DNA of 64,000 nucleotides from assembly GCA_016208965.1 (NCBI GenBank), contig JACQXB010000023.1:95474-159473 (forward strand), read 5' to 3'. This stretch comes from Nitrospirota bacterium. Lineage in GTDB: Bacteria > Nitrospirota > Thermodesulfovibrionia > UBA6902 > DSMQ01. Below the pieces are notes generated by a model, which searched no databases, had not been told where the DNA came from, and saw only the letters and a program-made list of their open reading frames with translations. The position numbers and the translations under genes are program-made. This document shows positions 10,104 to 19,386 of the stretch, piece after piece; the stretch's first letter is position 1; the number at the start of each line of letters is the position of its first letter.

Positions 10104-12989
10104 ATGACCATTGATTACAAAGACACTCTAAATCTACCACACACAGCATTTCCAATGAAGGCTAATCTTACACAAAAGGAAGTGGAAATGCTGAATTTCT
10201 GGAAAGAAAATAATATCTACCCCAAAATGGTGGATAGAGATAAAGGCAAGTCATATATCCTGCACGACGGACCTCCATACGCTAATGGGAATATTCACAT
10301 AGGCCATGCCTTGAATAAAATCCTTAAGGACATAGTTGTCAAATACAAGGCAATGTGCGGTTTTTACGCCCCTTATGTCCCGGGATGGGATTGTCACGGA
10401 CTGCCAATTGAACATCAGGTGGATAAAGAGAGCTCAAAGCTCAAAGCTCAAAGCTCAAAACCAGAAGACTCTGAACTACTCTTAAAGAAGAGGCAGTTGT
10501 GCAGGGAGTATGCAGCTAAGTTTGTAAATATTCAAAGGGAAGAATTTAAACGGCTCGGTGTGTTCGGAGACTGGGACAAGCCGTATCTTACCATGACCAA
10601 CTCCTATGAGGCATCTATTGTCATGGAGTTTGGAAGGTTTGTTGAAGGGGGCTATATATATAAAGGCAAAAAACCTGTGCACTGGTGCCCTAACTGCGTA
10701 ACTGCACTTGCAGAGGCTGAGGTTGAATATGCAGACAAGGAGTCGCCATCAATATATGTGAAGTTTAAGGTCAAAAATCCGGCAAATCTCAAATCTCAAA
10801 TCTCAAATCTCAAATTTGAAGGAGTTTTTTTCGTTATCTGGACAACTACTCCATGGACACTGCCTGCAAACATGGCTTTGGCGCTTTATCCTAAGTTTAT
10901 ATATCGCCTTGTAAAAACACCTGAAGGAGAGCTTATACTCGCACAGGATCTAATTAAAGACTGTATGGAAAAAATTGGTTACAAAGAAAGTGAATATATC
11001 GTAACTAAAGGGAGATGGGCAGGTGTTGAGCTTGAGGGCATTGTCTGTCAACATCCATGGCTTAACCGTGAGGTAGAGACTATACTTGGTGAACATGTAA
11101 CATTAGAACAGGGCACAGGCGTAGTGCATACGGCTCCGGGACATGGTGAAGAAGACTATGAGATGGGATTAAAATACGGGCTTAATGTGTATGCACCTGT
11201 TGATAACAAAGGTCGTTTTACAGAAGATATAAAAGACCTCGCAGGGCAAAATGTATTTAAGGCAAATCAGGCAATTATTGAAATACTCAGAGATAAAAAA
11301 GCTCTCATTGGAGAGCCTCAGAAAATAACACATTCCTATCCTCACTGCTGGAGATGCAAAAAACCAGTAATCTTCAGGGCAACTGAGCAGTGGTTTATAT
11401 CAATGGAGCATAAAAATCTTAAAAACAATGCCCTCGCTGAGATTGAAAAAGTAAGATGGATACCAACATGGGGTAAGGACAGGATTCATGGAATGGTTGA
11501 GCGCAGGCCCGACTGGTGTATATCACGTCAGAGGGCATGGGGTGTACCGATAACACTATTTCAATGTAAAGAATGTAAGGAATTTATAACTGATAGAGAT
11601 GTTATTGACAAGATTGTAAGAGAGGTTGAGATAAACAGTTCTGATGTATGGTTTGAGAAATCTCCAAAGGAGCTTCTCCCTGAGGGCTTTAAGTGTCCTA
11701 AATGCAGCGGCACAGAATTCTTAAAAGAGACTGATATCCTTGATGTTTGGTTTGACTCAGGCGTAAGCCATGCCGCTGTTATGGAAATTGACCAAAGGCT
11801 GACATGGCCTGCTGATATGTATCTTGAAGGAAGCGACCAGCACAGAGGCTGGTTTCAGAGCTCCCTTCTTGCCTCTACCGGCACAAGAGACAGATCGCCT
11901 TACAAGGCTGTTTTAACGCATGGCTTTGTGGTTGATGGACAGGGCAAGAAAATGTCCAAATCTATGGGGAATGTTATCTCTCCGCAAGAAGTGACAAACA
12001 AACATGGCGCAGAGATACTAAGGCTCTGGGTGTCTGCTGCTGATTACAGGGAGGACATGAGGATTTCAAAGGAAATCCTTGACAGGCTTGTTGAGGCCTA
12101 TAGAAAGATTCGCAACACCTGCAGATTCCTTCTTGGCAGTACTTATGACTTTGACCCTGCCATGATAATAAATAAAGATGCGCTTCTTGATATAGACCGC
12201 TTTGCAATGAGCTCACTTCAAGGACTTATTAGCAAAGTCAGCAGGGCTTATGAAGAGTTTGAATTTCACGAGGCGTTCCATTCAATCTATAATTTCTGCG
12301 TTACTGATATAAGCGCATTTTACCTTGATGTTCTTAAAGACAGGCTCTACACATTTAAGGCAGATTCTACTGAGAGAAAGTCCGCCCAATGGGTTTTATA
12401 TAACATTTTAATTTCTCTTACCAAAATGATGGCGCCAATACTCTCTTTTACAGCAGAAGAAATTTGGCAGCATATAAAAAGGCAGGCGGCAAATCCCCCC
12501 ATCCCCCCTTTGACAAAGGGGGGCGAGGGGGGATTTTTAGAAGAAAGTGTTTTTCTCACTGACTTTCCACAGGTAGAGAGAGAATACCTTGACAAAGGGC
12601 TTGAGGAAAAATGGAGAAGGCTTATAAAAATCCGCGATGAAGTCAATAAGTCGCTTGAAATTAGACGGCAGGAGAAATTTATAGGGAATGCGCTTGAGGC
12701 AAAAGTAGTGATTTATGCAAATGAAGCAATTTATAAGCTCCTTGAAGAATATAAAGGCTTTCTTCCTGCGCTTTTTATAGTCTCATCTGCAGAGACTTCT
12801 ACAAGCGTGGATATTCCGGTAGAGGCATACAAAAGCCCTACAGTTGATGGTTTGGCTGTCTTGGTTCAGAGGGCAGAAGGCAAGAAGTGCGGAAGATGCT
12901 GGAACTGGAGTGTAACAGTTGGAAAATATGAGGAGCATCCCTCTATTTGCGAAAGATGCTATAATGCCTTAAAAGGAGCTAATAAATAA
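10104..12989 (+). CDS. ileS: Isoleucine--tRNA ligase
   Basis: HIGH (PYANGNIHIGH), KMSKS and WTTTPWTLPAN motifs plus a C-terminal zinc-finger CxxC pair. Carries three in-frame repeat insertions (see repeats). Confidence 0.97.
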   Translation: MTIDYKDTLNLPHTAFPMKANLTQKEVEMLNFWKENNIYPKMVDRDKGKSYILHDGPPYANGNIHIGHALNKILKDIVVKYKAMCGFYAPYVPGWDCHGLPIEHQVDKESSKLKAQSSKPEDSELLLKKRQLCREYAAKFVNIQREEFKRLGVFGDWDKPYLTMTNSYEASIVMEFGRFVEGGYIYKGKKPVHWCPNCVTALAEAEVEYADKESPSIYVKFKVKNPANLKSQISNLKFEGVFFVIWTTTPWTLPANMALALYPKFIYRLVKTPEGELILAQDLIKDCMEKIGYKESEYIVTKGRWAGVELEGIVCQHPWLNREVETILGEHVTLEQGTGVVHTAPGHGEEDYEMGLKYGLNVYAPVDNKGRFTEDIKDLAGQNVFKANQAIIEILRDKKALIGEPQKITHSYPHCWRCKKPVIFRATEQWFISMEHKNLKNNALAEIEKVRWIPTWGKDRIHGMVERRPDWCISRQRAWGVPITLFQCKECKEFITDRDVIDKIVREVEINSSDVWFEKSPKELLPEGFKCPKCSGTEFLKETDILDVWFDSGVSHAAVMEIDQRLTWPADMYLEGSDQHRGWFQSSLLASTGTRDRSPYKAVLTHGFVVDGQGKKMSKSMGNVISPQEVTNKHGAEILRLWVSAADYREDMRISKEILDRLVEAYRKIRNTCRFLLGSTYDFDPAMIINKDALLDIDRFAMSSLQGLISKVSRAYEEFEFHEAFHSIYNFCVTDISAFYLDVLKDRLYTFKADSTERKSAQWVLYNILISLTKMMAPILSFTAEEIWQHIKRQAANPPIPPLTKGGEGGFLEESVFLTDFPQVEREYLDKGLEEKWRRLIKIRDEVNKSLEIRRQEKFIGNALEAKVVIYANEAIYKLLEEYKGFLPALFIVSSAETSTSVDIPVEAYKSPTVDGLAVLVQRAEGKKCGRCWNWSVTVGKYEEHPSICERCYNALKGANK
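10430..10462. repeat. In-frame heptamer tandem (CTCAAAG)x4 inside ileS
   Basis: GAGCTCAAAGCTCAAAGCTCAAAGCTCAAAACC, translated as SSKLKAQSSKP. Confidence 0.85.
10784..10816. repeat. In-frame heptamer tandem (AAATCTC)x4 inside ileS
   Basis: AAATCTCAAATCTCAAATCTCAAATCTCAAATTT, translated as NLKSQISNLKF. Confidence 0.85.
12491..12537. repeat. GGGGATTT/AAATCCCC palindromic element, in-frame copy in ileS
   Basis: AAATCCCCCCATCCCCCCTTTGACAAAGGGGGGCGAGGGGGGATTT, a near-perfect 21-nt-arm palindrome translated as NPPIPPLTKGGEGGF. Confidence 0.8.
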
Positions 12990-12995
12990 ACAAAA

Positions 12996-13457
12996 ATGCC
13001 AAGGGCTTTGTTTCTAACAATCGTATCTGTAAGTATAGTAATTCTTGACTATATAACAAAAAGGCTGATAGAGTCTTATATAAAACCCTTTGAGTCCATA
13101 GACCTGCTTCCTTTTTTAAAAATTGTCCATGTCAAAAACCCCGCGGGAGCCTTTAGTCTTTTTGCAGGACTCGGGAATAAGGGATTCATACTTATTTCCA
13201 TAGCAGCTATTATTTTTATAATACTGTATGCGATTAAGGTTCCTACAAGGCTTGAGCTTTTTTCTCTTTCCCTGATTTTAGGCGGAGCAATAGGCAACCT
13301 CATAGATAGGCTCACAATCGGAAAAGTCGTTGATTTTATTGATTTCTTTATAGGAAATTGGCACTGGCCTGCCTTTAATGTTGCTGACTCTGCCATAACC
13401 ATTGGCATGGTTTTGTTTTTATGGGTAAACTTAATGCAAAAAAGGCGATGTTATTGA
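12996..13457 (+). CDS. lspA: Lipoprotein signal peptidase (signal peptidase II)
   Basis: Four TM helices, [10 protein letters not shown] and VVDFIDF...FNVAD motifs, and the ileS-lspA gene order. Confidence 0.9.
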   Translation: MPRALFLTIVSVSIVILDYITKRLIESYIKPFESIDLLPFLKIVHVKNPAGAFSLFAGLGNKGFILISIAAIIFIILYAIKVPTRLELFSLSLILGGAIGNLIDRLTIGKVVDFIDFFIGNWHWPAFNVADSAITIGMVLFLWVNLMQKRRCY

Positions 13458-13512
13458 GGATTATTATATAAAACTAATATTACAACAAATAACATATCCA
13501 TAATTAAATATC

Positions 13513-14991
13513 ATGGCTAACGAGATAGTTATAAATGCAAACAGGGAAGAGACAAGGGTAGCCCTGCTTGAATCAGGACAACTCGCTGAACTCTATATAG
13601 AAAGAAAGAAAGATACAAGTCTCGTTGGCAATGTATATAAAGGGAAGGTCGTAAGGATTCTGCCAGGCATGCAGTCTGCGTTTATTGATATAGGACTTGG
13701 GAAGGCTGTATTTTTGCATGTTGCTGATGTACGTTGGAGTTTTGATTATCCTCTCTTTGGCGAGGATGTATCAGATGTTCTGCCGCCTGATTTACCCATT
13801 GAACAACTTCTTCAGGAAGGACAGGATATCCTCGTTCAGGTTTCAAAAGACCCCATTGGCTCAAAGGGCGCAAGGGCAACATCATATATAACTATTCCGG
13901 GACGATACCTTGTGCTCTTATCAGGGGTTGAACATGTAGGAATTTCAAGAAGAATCGTGGATGAGAATGAAAGAACAAGGCTTAAGGAACTTTCAATCGG
14001 TATCAGGCCTCCGGGCTTTGGTCTTATTTTAAGGACAGCTGCTGAAGGGTGCGCCGAAGAAGAACTTAAAAAAGATCTTGAATTTCTTATGTTACTGTGG
14101 AAAAACATCCAGGATAAAAAAGACAGGGTTAGTTCCCCACATTTACTCTATAGTGACCTTGACCTTATATTCAGGAGTGTAAGGGATATGCTCGGGCCAG
14201 AGATAAGCAGGCTTATAATTGATTCACGGGCAGAGTATAAGGAAATAGCAGACTTTGTTAATACATATTTTCCAAAACTAATATCAAAGATTGAACTTTA
14301 TGAAGAGCCCGAACCTATCTTTGATTTCTTTGATATTGAAATTGAAATACCAAAGGCGCTCGGGAGGCGGGTGTGGCTTAAATCAGGCGGCTATATTGTT
14401 ATAGATCAGACAGAGGCATTGATTGCAATAGATGTGAATACAGGAAAATTTGTTGGCAAGGCAACGCTTGAAGATACAATACTCAAGACAAACCTTGAGG
14501 CAGTAAAAGAAATCGCTTATCAGATAAGACTCAGAAACCTTGGCGGCATAATAATAATTGACTTTATAGACATGGAGAAAGAAGAAAACAGAAAAAAATT
14601 GTTTTCTGCATTCCAGGAGGCAATGTCTAATGACCGTGCAAAGAACACAATACTTCAGGTCTCAGAATTTGGACTTATTGAAATGACAAGAAAGCGAGTA
14701 AGGGAGAGTCTTGGCAGGACACTTTGTGAGACATGTCCTTATTGTGAAGGGAAGGGTTTTGTAAAATCTCCTGTAACTGTATGCTATGAGATATTCAGGG
14801 AATTAGTGAAAATAGGTCCTGAAAGCAAGAATGGCAAAATTGTTATAACCGTGCATCCACTCGTTGCAGACCTCTTATACGAAGAAGAGAGGGAAGGGAT
14901 TGAGGAAATTGAGAAAAAATATGGTTTTGGGTTAATAATAAAGACAGATAAAAACATACATCAGGAGTATTATGAGATTGTAACACTCTAA
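13513..14991 (+). CDS. rng: Ribonuclease G/E family endoribonuclease
   Basis: N-terminal S1 domain (VGNVYKGKV...PGMQSAFIDIG), DNase-I-like block (ALIAIDVNTGKF) and a Zn-link CxxCxG motif. Confidence 0.88.
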   Translation: MANEIVINANREETRVALLESGQLAELYIERKKDTSLVGNVYKGKVVRILPGMQSAFIDIGLGKAVFLHVADVRWSFDYPLFGEDVSDVLPPDLPIEQLLQEGQDILVQVSKDPIGSKGARATSYITIPGRYLVLLSGVEHVGISRRIVDENERTRLKELSIGIRPPGFGLILRTAAEGCAEEELKKDLEFLMLLWKNIQDKKDRVSSPHLLYSDLDLIFRSVRDMLGPEISRLIIDSRAEYKEIADFVNTYFPKLISKIELYEEPEPIFDFFDIEIEIPKALGRRVWLKSGGYIVIDQTEALIAIDVNTGKFVGKATLEDTILKTNLEAVKEIAYQIRLRNLGGIIIIDFIDMEKEENRKKLFSAFQEAMSNDRAKNTILQVSEFGLIEMTRKRVRESLGRTLCETCPYCEGKGFVKSPVTVCYEIFRELVKIGPESKNGKIVITVHPLVADLLYEEEREGIEEIEKKYGFGLIIKTDKNIHQEYYEIVTL

Positions 14992-14992
14992 A

Positions 14993-15079
14993 TTCAAGTT
15001 GCATGTCTCAAGTCGCAAGTTTCAAGTTTTGGATCGCAATCTACAAGTTTTAACTTGCAACCTGCAACTTGTAACTTTA
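14993..15079. repeat. Low-complexity tandem-oligomer hairpin (CAAGTT/AACTTG arms) after rng
   Basis: TTCAAGTTGCATGTCTCAAGTCGCAAGTTTCAAGTTTT...ACAAGTTTTAACTTGCAACCTGCAACTTGTAACTT. Confidence 0.75.
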
Positions 15080-15093
15080 AGCTATGAATTCTT

Positions 15094-15900
15094 ATGCTAA
15101 TGCCATTAAACGGTAAGTTCAGCAAACTAAAAGAGACCCTGAGGCAAATGGAGAGTGTTATCATAGCCTATTCCGGAGGCGTTGACAGCACCTTCTTATT
15201 AAAGGCTGCTTCAATGTCAAATCTCAAGCAAATACTCGCTGTAACTGCTGATTCTGAAAGCCTCCCCAAAAATGACCTTCTGATTGCAAAACAGATGGTA
15301 TCCTCCCTCAATGTGTCACATAGGACAATAAAAACAGAGGAACTTGGAAATGAGAACTTCTCAAACAATTCTCCCCAGAGGTGTTACTATTGCAAAAAAG
15401 AACTCTTCTGCAAACTAAAAGCTCTTGCATTGAAGGAAGGCTTCTCTTATGTCCTTGACGGCACTAATGCAGATGATGCAAATGACTACCGCCCTGGCAG
15501 GAACGCAGCCCTTGAGACAGGCATAAGAAGCCCGCTTTTTGAGGTAGGGCTTAGCAAAAATGAAATAAGAGAACTCTCCCGTGAGATCGGGCTGCCTACA
15601 TGGGATAAGCCTGCATCTCCATGCCTTGCATCAAGATTTCCATATGGGCAGAGGATTACTGCGGAAGACCTGAAAAAGATAGAGGAGTCTGAAAGGTTTT
15701 TAAAAAGATTTGGACTGAAAGAGCTGAGGGTAAGGCATCATGGCGATATAGCAAGGATTGAGGTTATGCCAGAAGAAATATCCATTTTTGCCAATAAGGA
15801 GAGGCGGGCAGAGACTGTTAGTTTTCTAAAGTCAATGGGCTTTAAGTATGTTACTATTGACCTCCAGGGCTTCAGAAGCGGGAATCTAAATGAGAAATGA
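15094..15900 (+). CDS. larE: PP-loop ATP-utilising enzyme, LarE-like sulfur transferase (TIGR00268 type)
   Basis: SGGVDST PP-loop and the PASPCLASRFPYG cysteine motif typical of LarE. Confidence 0.7.
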   Translation: MLMPLNGKFSKLKETLRQMESVIIAYSGGVDSTFLLKAASMSNLKQILAVTADSESLPKNDLLIAKQMVSSLNVSHRTIKTEELGNENFSNNSPQRCYYCKKELFCKLKALALKEGFSYVLDGTNADDANDYRPGRNAALETGIRSPLFEVGLSKNEIRELSREIGLPTWDKPASPCLASRFPYGQRITAEDLKKIEESERFLKRFGLKELRVRHHGDIARIEVMPEEISIFANKERRAETVSFLKSMGFKYVTIDLQGFRSGNLNEK

Positions 15901-17135
15901 ACGAAGCGGCATATCTCAATGAACTTGCCAAATGTGTAAGATGCGGGGCATGCAAGTCCCGCTGTCCAACCTACCTGACTGTATTAGACGAAACAACGGG
16001 TGCGCGCGGAAGAATTACAATGCTTGGGGCACTTATGGGAGATAGGCTTGCACCTTCTAAGAGGCTTTCAGAAAAAATATTCGAGTGCATCCTCTGCGGT
16101 GCATGCAAAGGGTTATGTCCAACAGGTATTGATATCTTAGAGACTATCTATCATGGAAGGATAAGGCTTAAAGGTTTCTATAACAAAGGACATCTGCTTA
16201 TGATGGCTATGCGTCTTTCTGCATCAAGGATGAATTCTGCTTTTTTTATCTTGAGAGGTGCGCAGAAACTCCTTTATCATTCACTCTACAAGCTCAATAA
16301 ATTTCCATATATCCCTGAAATAGCATCAATCTCCTTTAAAGAGGCCTCGCAGGTTTACCCCGTTAGAAAGAAATTTTCTCCATCCGAATTTTCTAACGGG
16401 GTTTATAAAGGCACAAAAAGAATCGGCAGGGTAGCAATATTTGTTGGCTGCAGTGTTAATTATTTTTATCCGCACCTTGGGGATAGCCTTCTAAATGTCT
16501 TACTTTCAAAGGACTACGAGGTTGTTGTGCTTAAGGGAGAGGTCTGCTGCGGCTCACCTATGAGGTCTTTAGGGCTTGAGGCAGAGGCAATAGCCCTCGC
16601 AAAAAAGAATGTAGAGCTATTCAGTAGGGTAAAGGCTGATGCTATACTATCACTGTGCCCTACATGCACAATAACTATAAAGAATGAATATCCACTACTG
16701 ATAGGAGATGGGATTGAAAAGATGATGGATGTCAATGAATTTCTCATAAATAATGATTTTTATAAAGGGTTAAAGATTTCCCCTCGTGTTGTCTCATATC
16801 ATGACCCATGCCATCTTAATTATGGTCTTGGAATAAGAAATGAGCCGCGAGAGATACTAAAAAACATTGATGGGATTGAGTTTGTAGAAATGGAGGACGC
16901 AGGTGATTGCTGTGGTTTTGGTGGTTTATTCAGCATAAACTTTAAAGAGTTATCCCAGAGGATAGGAAACAAAAAGGTCAAGTCTATTCATAACACACAT
17001 ATAGATACCCTTGTCACATCCTGCCCCGGATGTATAACACAGTTTGAAAGTATTAAAAGACAAGTTGGGTTTGATATTGATATACTGCATATAATTGAGC
17101 TCATTGATATGGCAATTAGAGGGTATGAAGTATGA
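15897..17135 (+). CDS. (Fe-S)-binding oxidoreductase with two CCG domains (GlcF/HdrD-like)
   Basis: Two CxxCxxCxxxCP ferredoxin motifs and two cysteine-rich CCG-type blocks (CCG...PCH; CCGFGG). Has an in-frame palindromic insert at 16357-16403. Confidence 0.75.
   Translation: MNEAAYLNELAKCVRCGACKSRCPTYLTVLDETTGARGRITMLGALMGDRLAPSKRLSEKIFECILCGACKGLCPTGIDILETIYHGRIRLKGFYNKGHLLMMAMRLSASRMNSAFFILRGAQKLLYHSLYKLNKFPYIPEIASISFKEASQVYPVRKKFSPSEFSNGVYKGTKRIGRVAIFVGCSVNYFYPHLGDSLLNVLLSKDYEVVVLKGEVCCGSPMRSLGLEAEAIALAKKNVELFSRVKADAILSLCPTCTITIKNEYPLLIGDGIEKMMDVNEFLINNDFYKGLKISPRVVSYHDPCHLNYGLGIRNEPREILKNIDGIEFVEMEDAGDCCGFGGLFSINFKELSQRIGNKKVKSIHNTHIDTLVTSCPGCITQFESIKRQVGFDIDILHIIELIDMAIRGYEV
16357..16403. 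repeat. CCCCGTTAGAA...TTCTAACGGGG element, in frame in the Fe-S oxidoreductase CDS
   Basis: CCCCGTTAGAAAGAAATTTTCTCCATCCGAATTTTCTAACGGGGTT, translated as [15 protein letters not shown]. Confidence 0.75.
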
Positions 17136-18190
17136 CTATTCGTGAGCAGACCGAAGAAATAGAGAGACGGACCCTCCACCCAAAGGCATGTCTTAGTTCT
17201 CACAGCAAGGGTAGATTAAAACCTGAGAAAGAGGGTGAGATAAGGACATGTTTCCAAAGGGACAGAGACAGGATTATTCATTCAAAGGCATTCAGAAGGC
17301 TTAAACACAAAACACAGGTATTCCTTGCCCCCAGGGGAGACCATTATAGGACAAGACTCACACACACACTTGAGGTCTCACAGATTGCAAGAACGATTGC
17401 AAGGGCACTGAGGCTTAATGAAGACCTCACAGAGGCAATAGCACTCGGGCATGACCTCGGACACACACCCTTTGGCCACGCAGGGGAGAATGTTTTAAGA
17501 GAGATTTACCTCAGGGGGTTTAATCATTATGAGCAGAGCCTTAGGGTTGTAGACTTTCTTGAAAGGAATGGCCAGGGACTTAATCTTACACATGAAGTAA
17601 GAGACGGGATTTTAAAGCACTCAAAAGGCAGAGGGGAGGTCTTCTCTACATCCCTGGGGGCTGAAACACTTGAAGGACAGATAGTGAGGGTGTCGGATGT
17701 TATTGCATATGTAAACCACGACCTTGATGATGCCTTAAGGGCAGGGGTGCTGAAAAAAAGTGCTATCCCATCAATGTTTTTAAAGGTCGGTGAGAATCAA
17801 TCAAAGAGGATTGATACAATGGTTAAGGATGTCATCTACGCATCCATCGGGGCAGGGCTTAAAGAAATCAGGATGAGCAAGGAGATAAAAAAAATCACAT
17901 ACGCACTGAGGGATTTTCTCTATGAAAATATCTATGAGAGTGATGTAACAAAGAGGGAATTTAAAAAGGCAAAAAAGATACTTTTAGACCTTTATAATTA
18001 CTATCTTAAACATCCTGACGAGATCTTTTCAGCCTCGGCTGATTCGTCCCATGGCGAAAAGGAAATACCAAAGGAGGTAATTGGTGATAAAAATAGGCTG
18101 GTCTGCGATTTTATCGCCGGAATGACTGACAGATTCGCACTCATGCTGTATGAGAAACTCTTTCTCCCTCAGCCATGGATGGTGTTATAA
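17132..18190 (+). CDS. dGTP triphosphohydrolase-like HD-domain protein
   Basis: [15 protein letters not shown]...[13 protein letters not shown] motif, Dgt-like length and layout. Confidence 0.85.
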   Translation: MTIREQTEEIERRTLHPKACLSSHSKGRLKPEKEGEIRTCFQRDRDRIIHSKAFRRLKHKTQVFLAPRGDHYRTRLTHTLEVSQIARTIARALRLNEDLTEAIALGHDLGHTPFGHAGENVLREIYLRGFNHYEQSLRVVDFLERNGQGLNLTHEVRDGILKHSKGRGEVFSTSLGAETLEGQIVRVSDVIAYVNHDLDDALRAGVLKKSAIPSMFLKVGENQSKRIDTMVKDVIYASIGAGLKEIRMSKEIKKITYALRDFLYENIYESDVTKREFKKAKKILLDLYNYYLKHPDEIFSASADSSHGEKEIPKEVIGDKNRLVCDFIAGMTDRFALMLYEKLFLPQPWMVL

Positions 18191-18256
18191 GAATCAAACT
18201 GTTACCCAAATTTCATATTATTAAGGGTCTCATAATTGAATAGACATTATTCAGAA

Positions 18257-18330
18257 AATCTCCCCTCACCCCTCTTTGCCAAAGAGGGGCTGTGTTCCTC
18301 CCTTTGGAAAAGGGAGGTTAGGAGGGATTT
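18257..18330. repeat. GGGGATTT/AAATCCCC palindromic element, intergenic double hairpin
   Basis: AAAATCTCCCCTCACCCCTCTTTGCCAAAGAGGGGC...CCTCCCTTTGGAAAAGGGAGGTTAGGAGGGATTTT. Confidence 0.75.
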
Positions 18331-18361
18331 TTTAAATCAATGTCCACATTATTTTGAGACT

Positions 18362-18420
18362 GTCTTAGCTATAAGCTCTTAGCTTTAAGCTTACAGCTTA
18401 TTAGCTTATTCGCTTATAGT
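18362..18420. repeat. AGCT-core heptamer tandem (TAGCTAT/AAGCTCT/TAGCTTT...)
   Basis: Self-complementary AGCT-containing repeats. The same flavour occurs at 44341-44376, 50787-50819 and 52639-52671. Confidence 0.7.
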
Positions 18421-18421
18421 T

Positions 18422-18459
18422 CCAAGCACCTTCCTGCGGGGTATTCTGGAAGGTGCTGG
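18422..18459. terminator. Strong stem-loop between convergent genes (possible bidirectional terminator; no U-tract)
   Basis: CCAAGCACCTTCC-TGCGGGGTATTCT-GGAAGGTGCTGG. Confidence 0.3.
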
Positions 18460-18479
18460 ATAAATAAGGCTCTGCCTTT

Positions 18480-19280
18480 CTATCTGCGGGAAGGCTTCTT
18501 TTTAAACTGCTTTTTCTTAGTAGTTTTTTTCTTTACAGGTTTTTTAGCACGTGGTTTTTTAAGGATAGTTTTAAGCTCCAATGCGTTTTTTGGTGCATAA
18601 CCAAAGGCATCGTTATTAAAGTAGAAATAAACATCCTTGCCCTCTTTTAAGTATGCTTTTATCCTTTTTGCATCTGCCTTTAACTGTTCCATTGTATAAC
18701 ATGTAGAGTAGCTGCCACCCTCACCATGTCTACTGATATATACAAAGTCAGCAGTTAACGGTAAATCATTAATGAATTCGGGCCAGTCTGCCATACACAA
18801 AGCCATATTTGAAGCCGCGAGTAGTTTAAAAACCTTCTGATTGATCCAGCTCTTATGCCTGAATTCAAATGCGTGCCGCACATTATATTGTTTGATGGCT
18901 TCGATAAAATCTCCCAGTGCCTTAAGGTTAGCCTTGAGATTTGGTGGCAATTGCCATAGCACCACCTCAAGTTTCTCCATAAGTGGAGCAGTGGCATTAA
19001 AAAATGTGGCTAAAGGCAGCTCAACATCCTTAAGTTTTTTTACATGAGTTATAAACCTGCTTCCTTTAAGGGCGAATGAAAAATCAGGCGGTGTCTCACT
19101 ATACCATTTTTCAAGGGTTTCTTTTTTAAGTAGCCTATGAAAGGTGACATTTAGTTCAACTGTGTCAAACTTCTTTATATAAAATGAAAACCATCCCTTT
19201 TGCGGGAGTTCTGAAGGAAAGAAACCCCCACCCCATGACTCATACATAAATCCACTGCATCCTATCCTGCACTTGAGCAT
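18480..19280 (-). CDS. DUF72 (YecE-like) protein with lysine-rich C-terminal tail
   Basis: IGCSGF.Y..W...FYP pattern typical of DUF72. Tail reads KKPRAKKPVKKKTTKKKQFKKKPSRR. Confidence 0.75.
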   Translation of the reverse strand: MLKCRIGCSGFMYESWGGGFFPSELPQKGWFSFYIKKFDTVELNVTFHRLLKKETLEKWYSETPPDFSFALKGSRFITHVKKLKDVELPLATFFNATAPLMEKLEVVLWQLPPNLKANLKALGDFIEAIKQYNVRHAFEFRHKSWINQKVFKLLAASNMALCMADWPEFINDLPLTADFVYISRHGEGGSYSTCYTMEQLKADAKRIKAYLKEGKDVYFYFNNDAFGYAPKNALELKTILKKPRAKKPVKKKTTKKKQFKKKPSRR

Positions 19281-19299
19281 ATCTTAATTTAAAGTATAC

Positions 19300-19386
19300 A
19301 TGAAAATTTTAAAATTTAAAGAAAAAATTTCAAATTTAAAAAGAAATCCGTAATTTTGCATTTTGAGTTTTTAATTTTGAATTTAT
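19300..19386. repeat. Low-complexity A/T-rich tandem-oligomer hairpin
   Basis: GAAAATTTTAAAATTTAAAG...CAAATTTAAAAAG...TTTTGCATTTTGAGTTTTTAATTTTGAATTT, between DUF72 and mnmA. Confidence 0.6.

Noticed and set aside
18480-18560. Lysine-rich tail (KKPRAKKPVKKKTTKKKQFKKKPSRR) on the DUF72 protein as a possible nucleic-acid-binding extension.
   Set aside because: It is plausibly just read-through into A-rich sequence before the first stop. Nothing in the window supports a functional claim.
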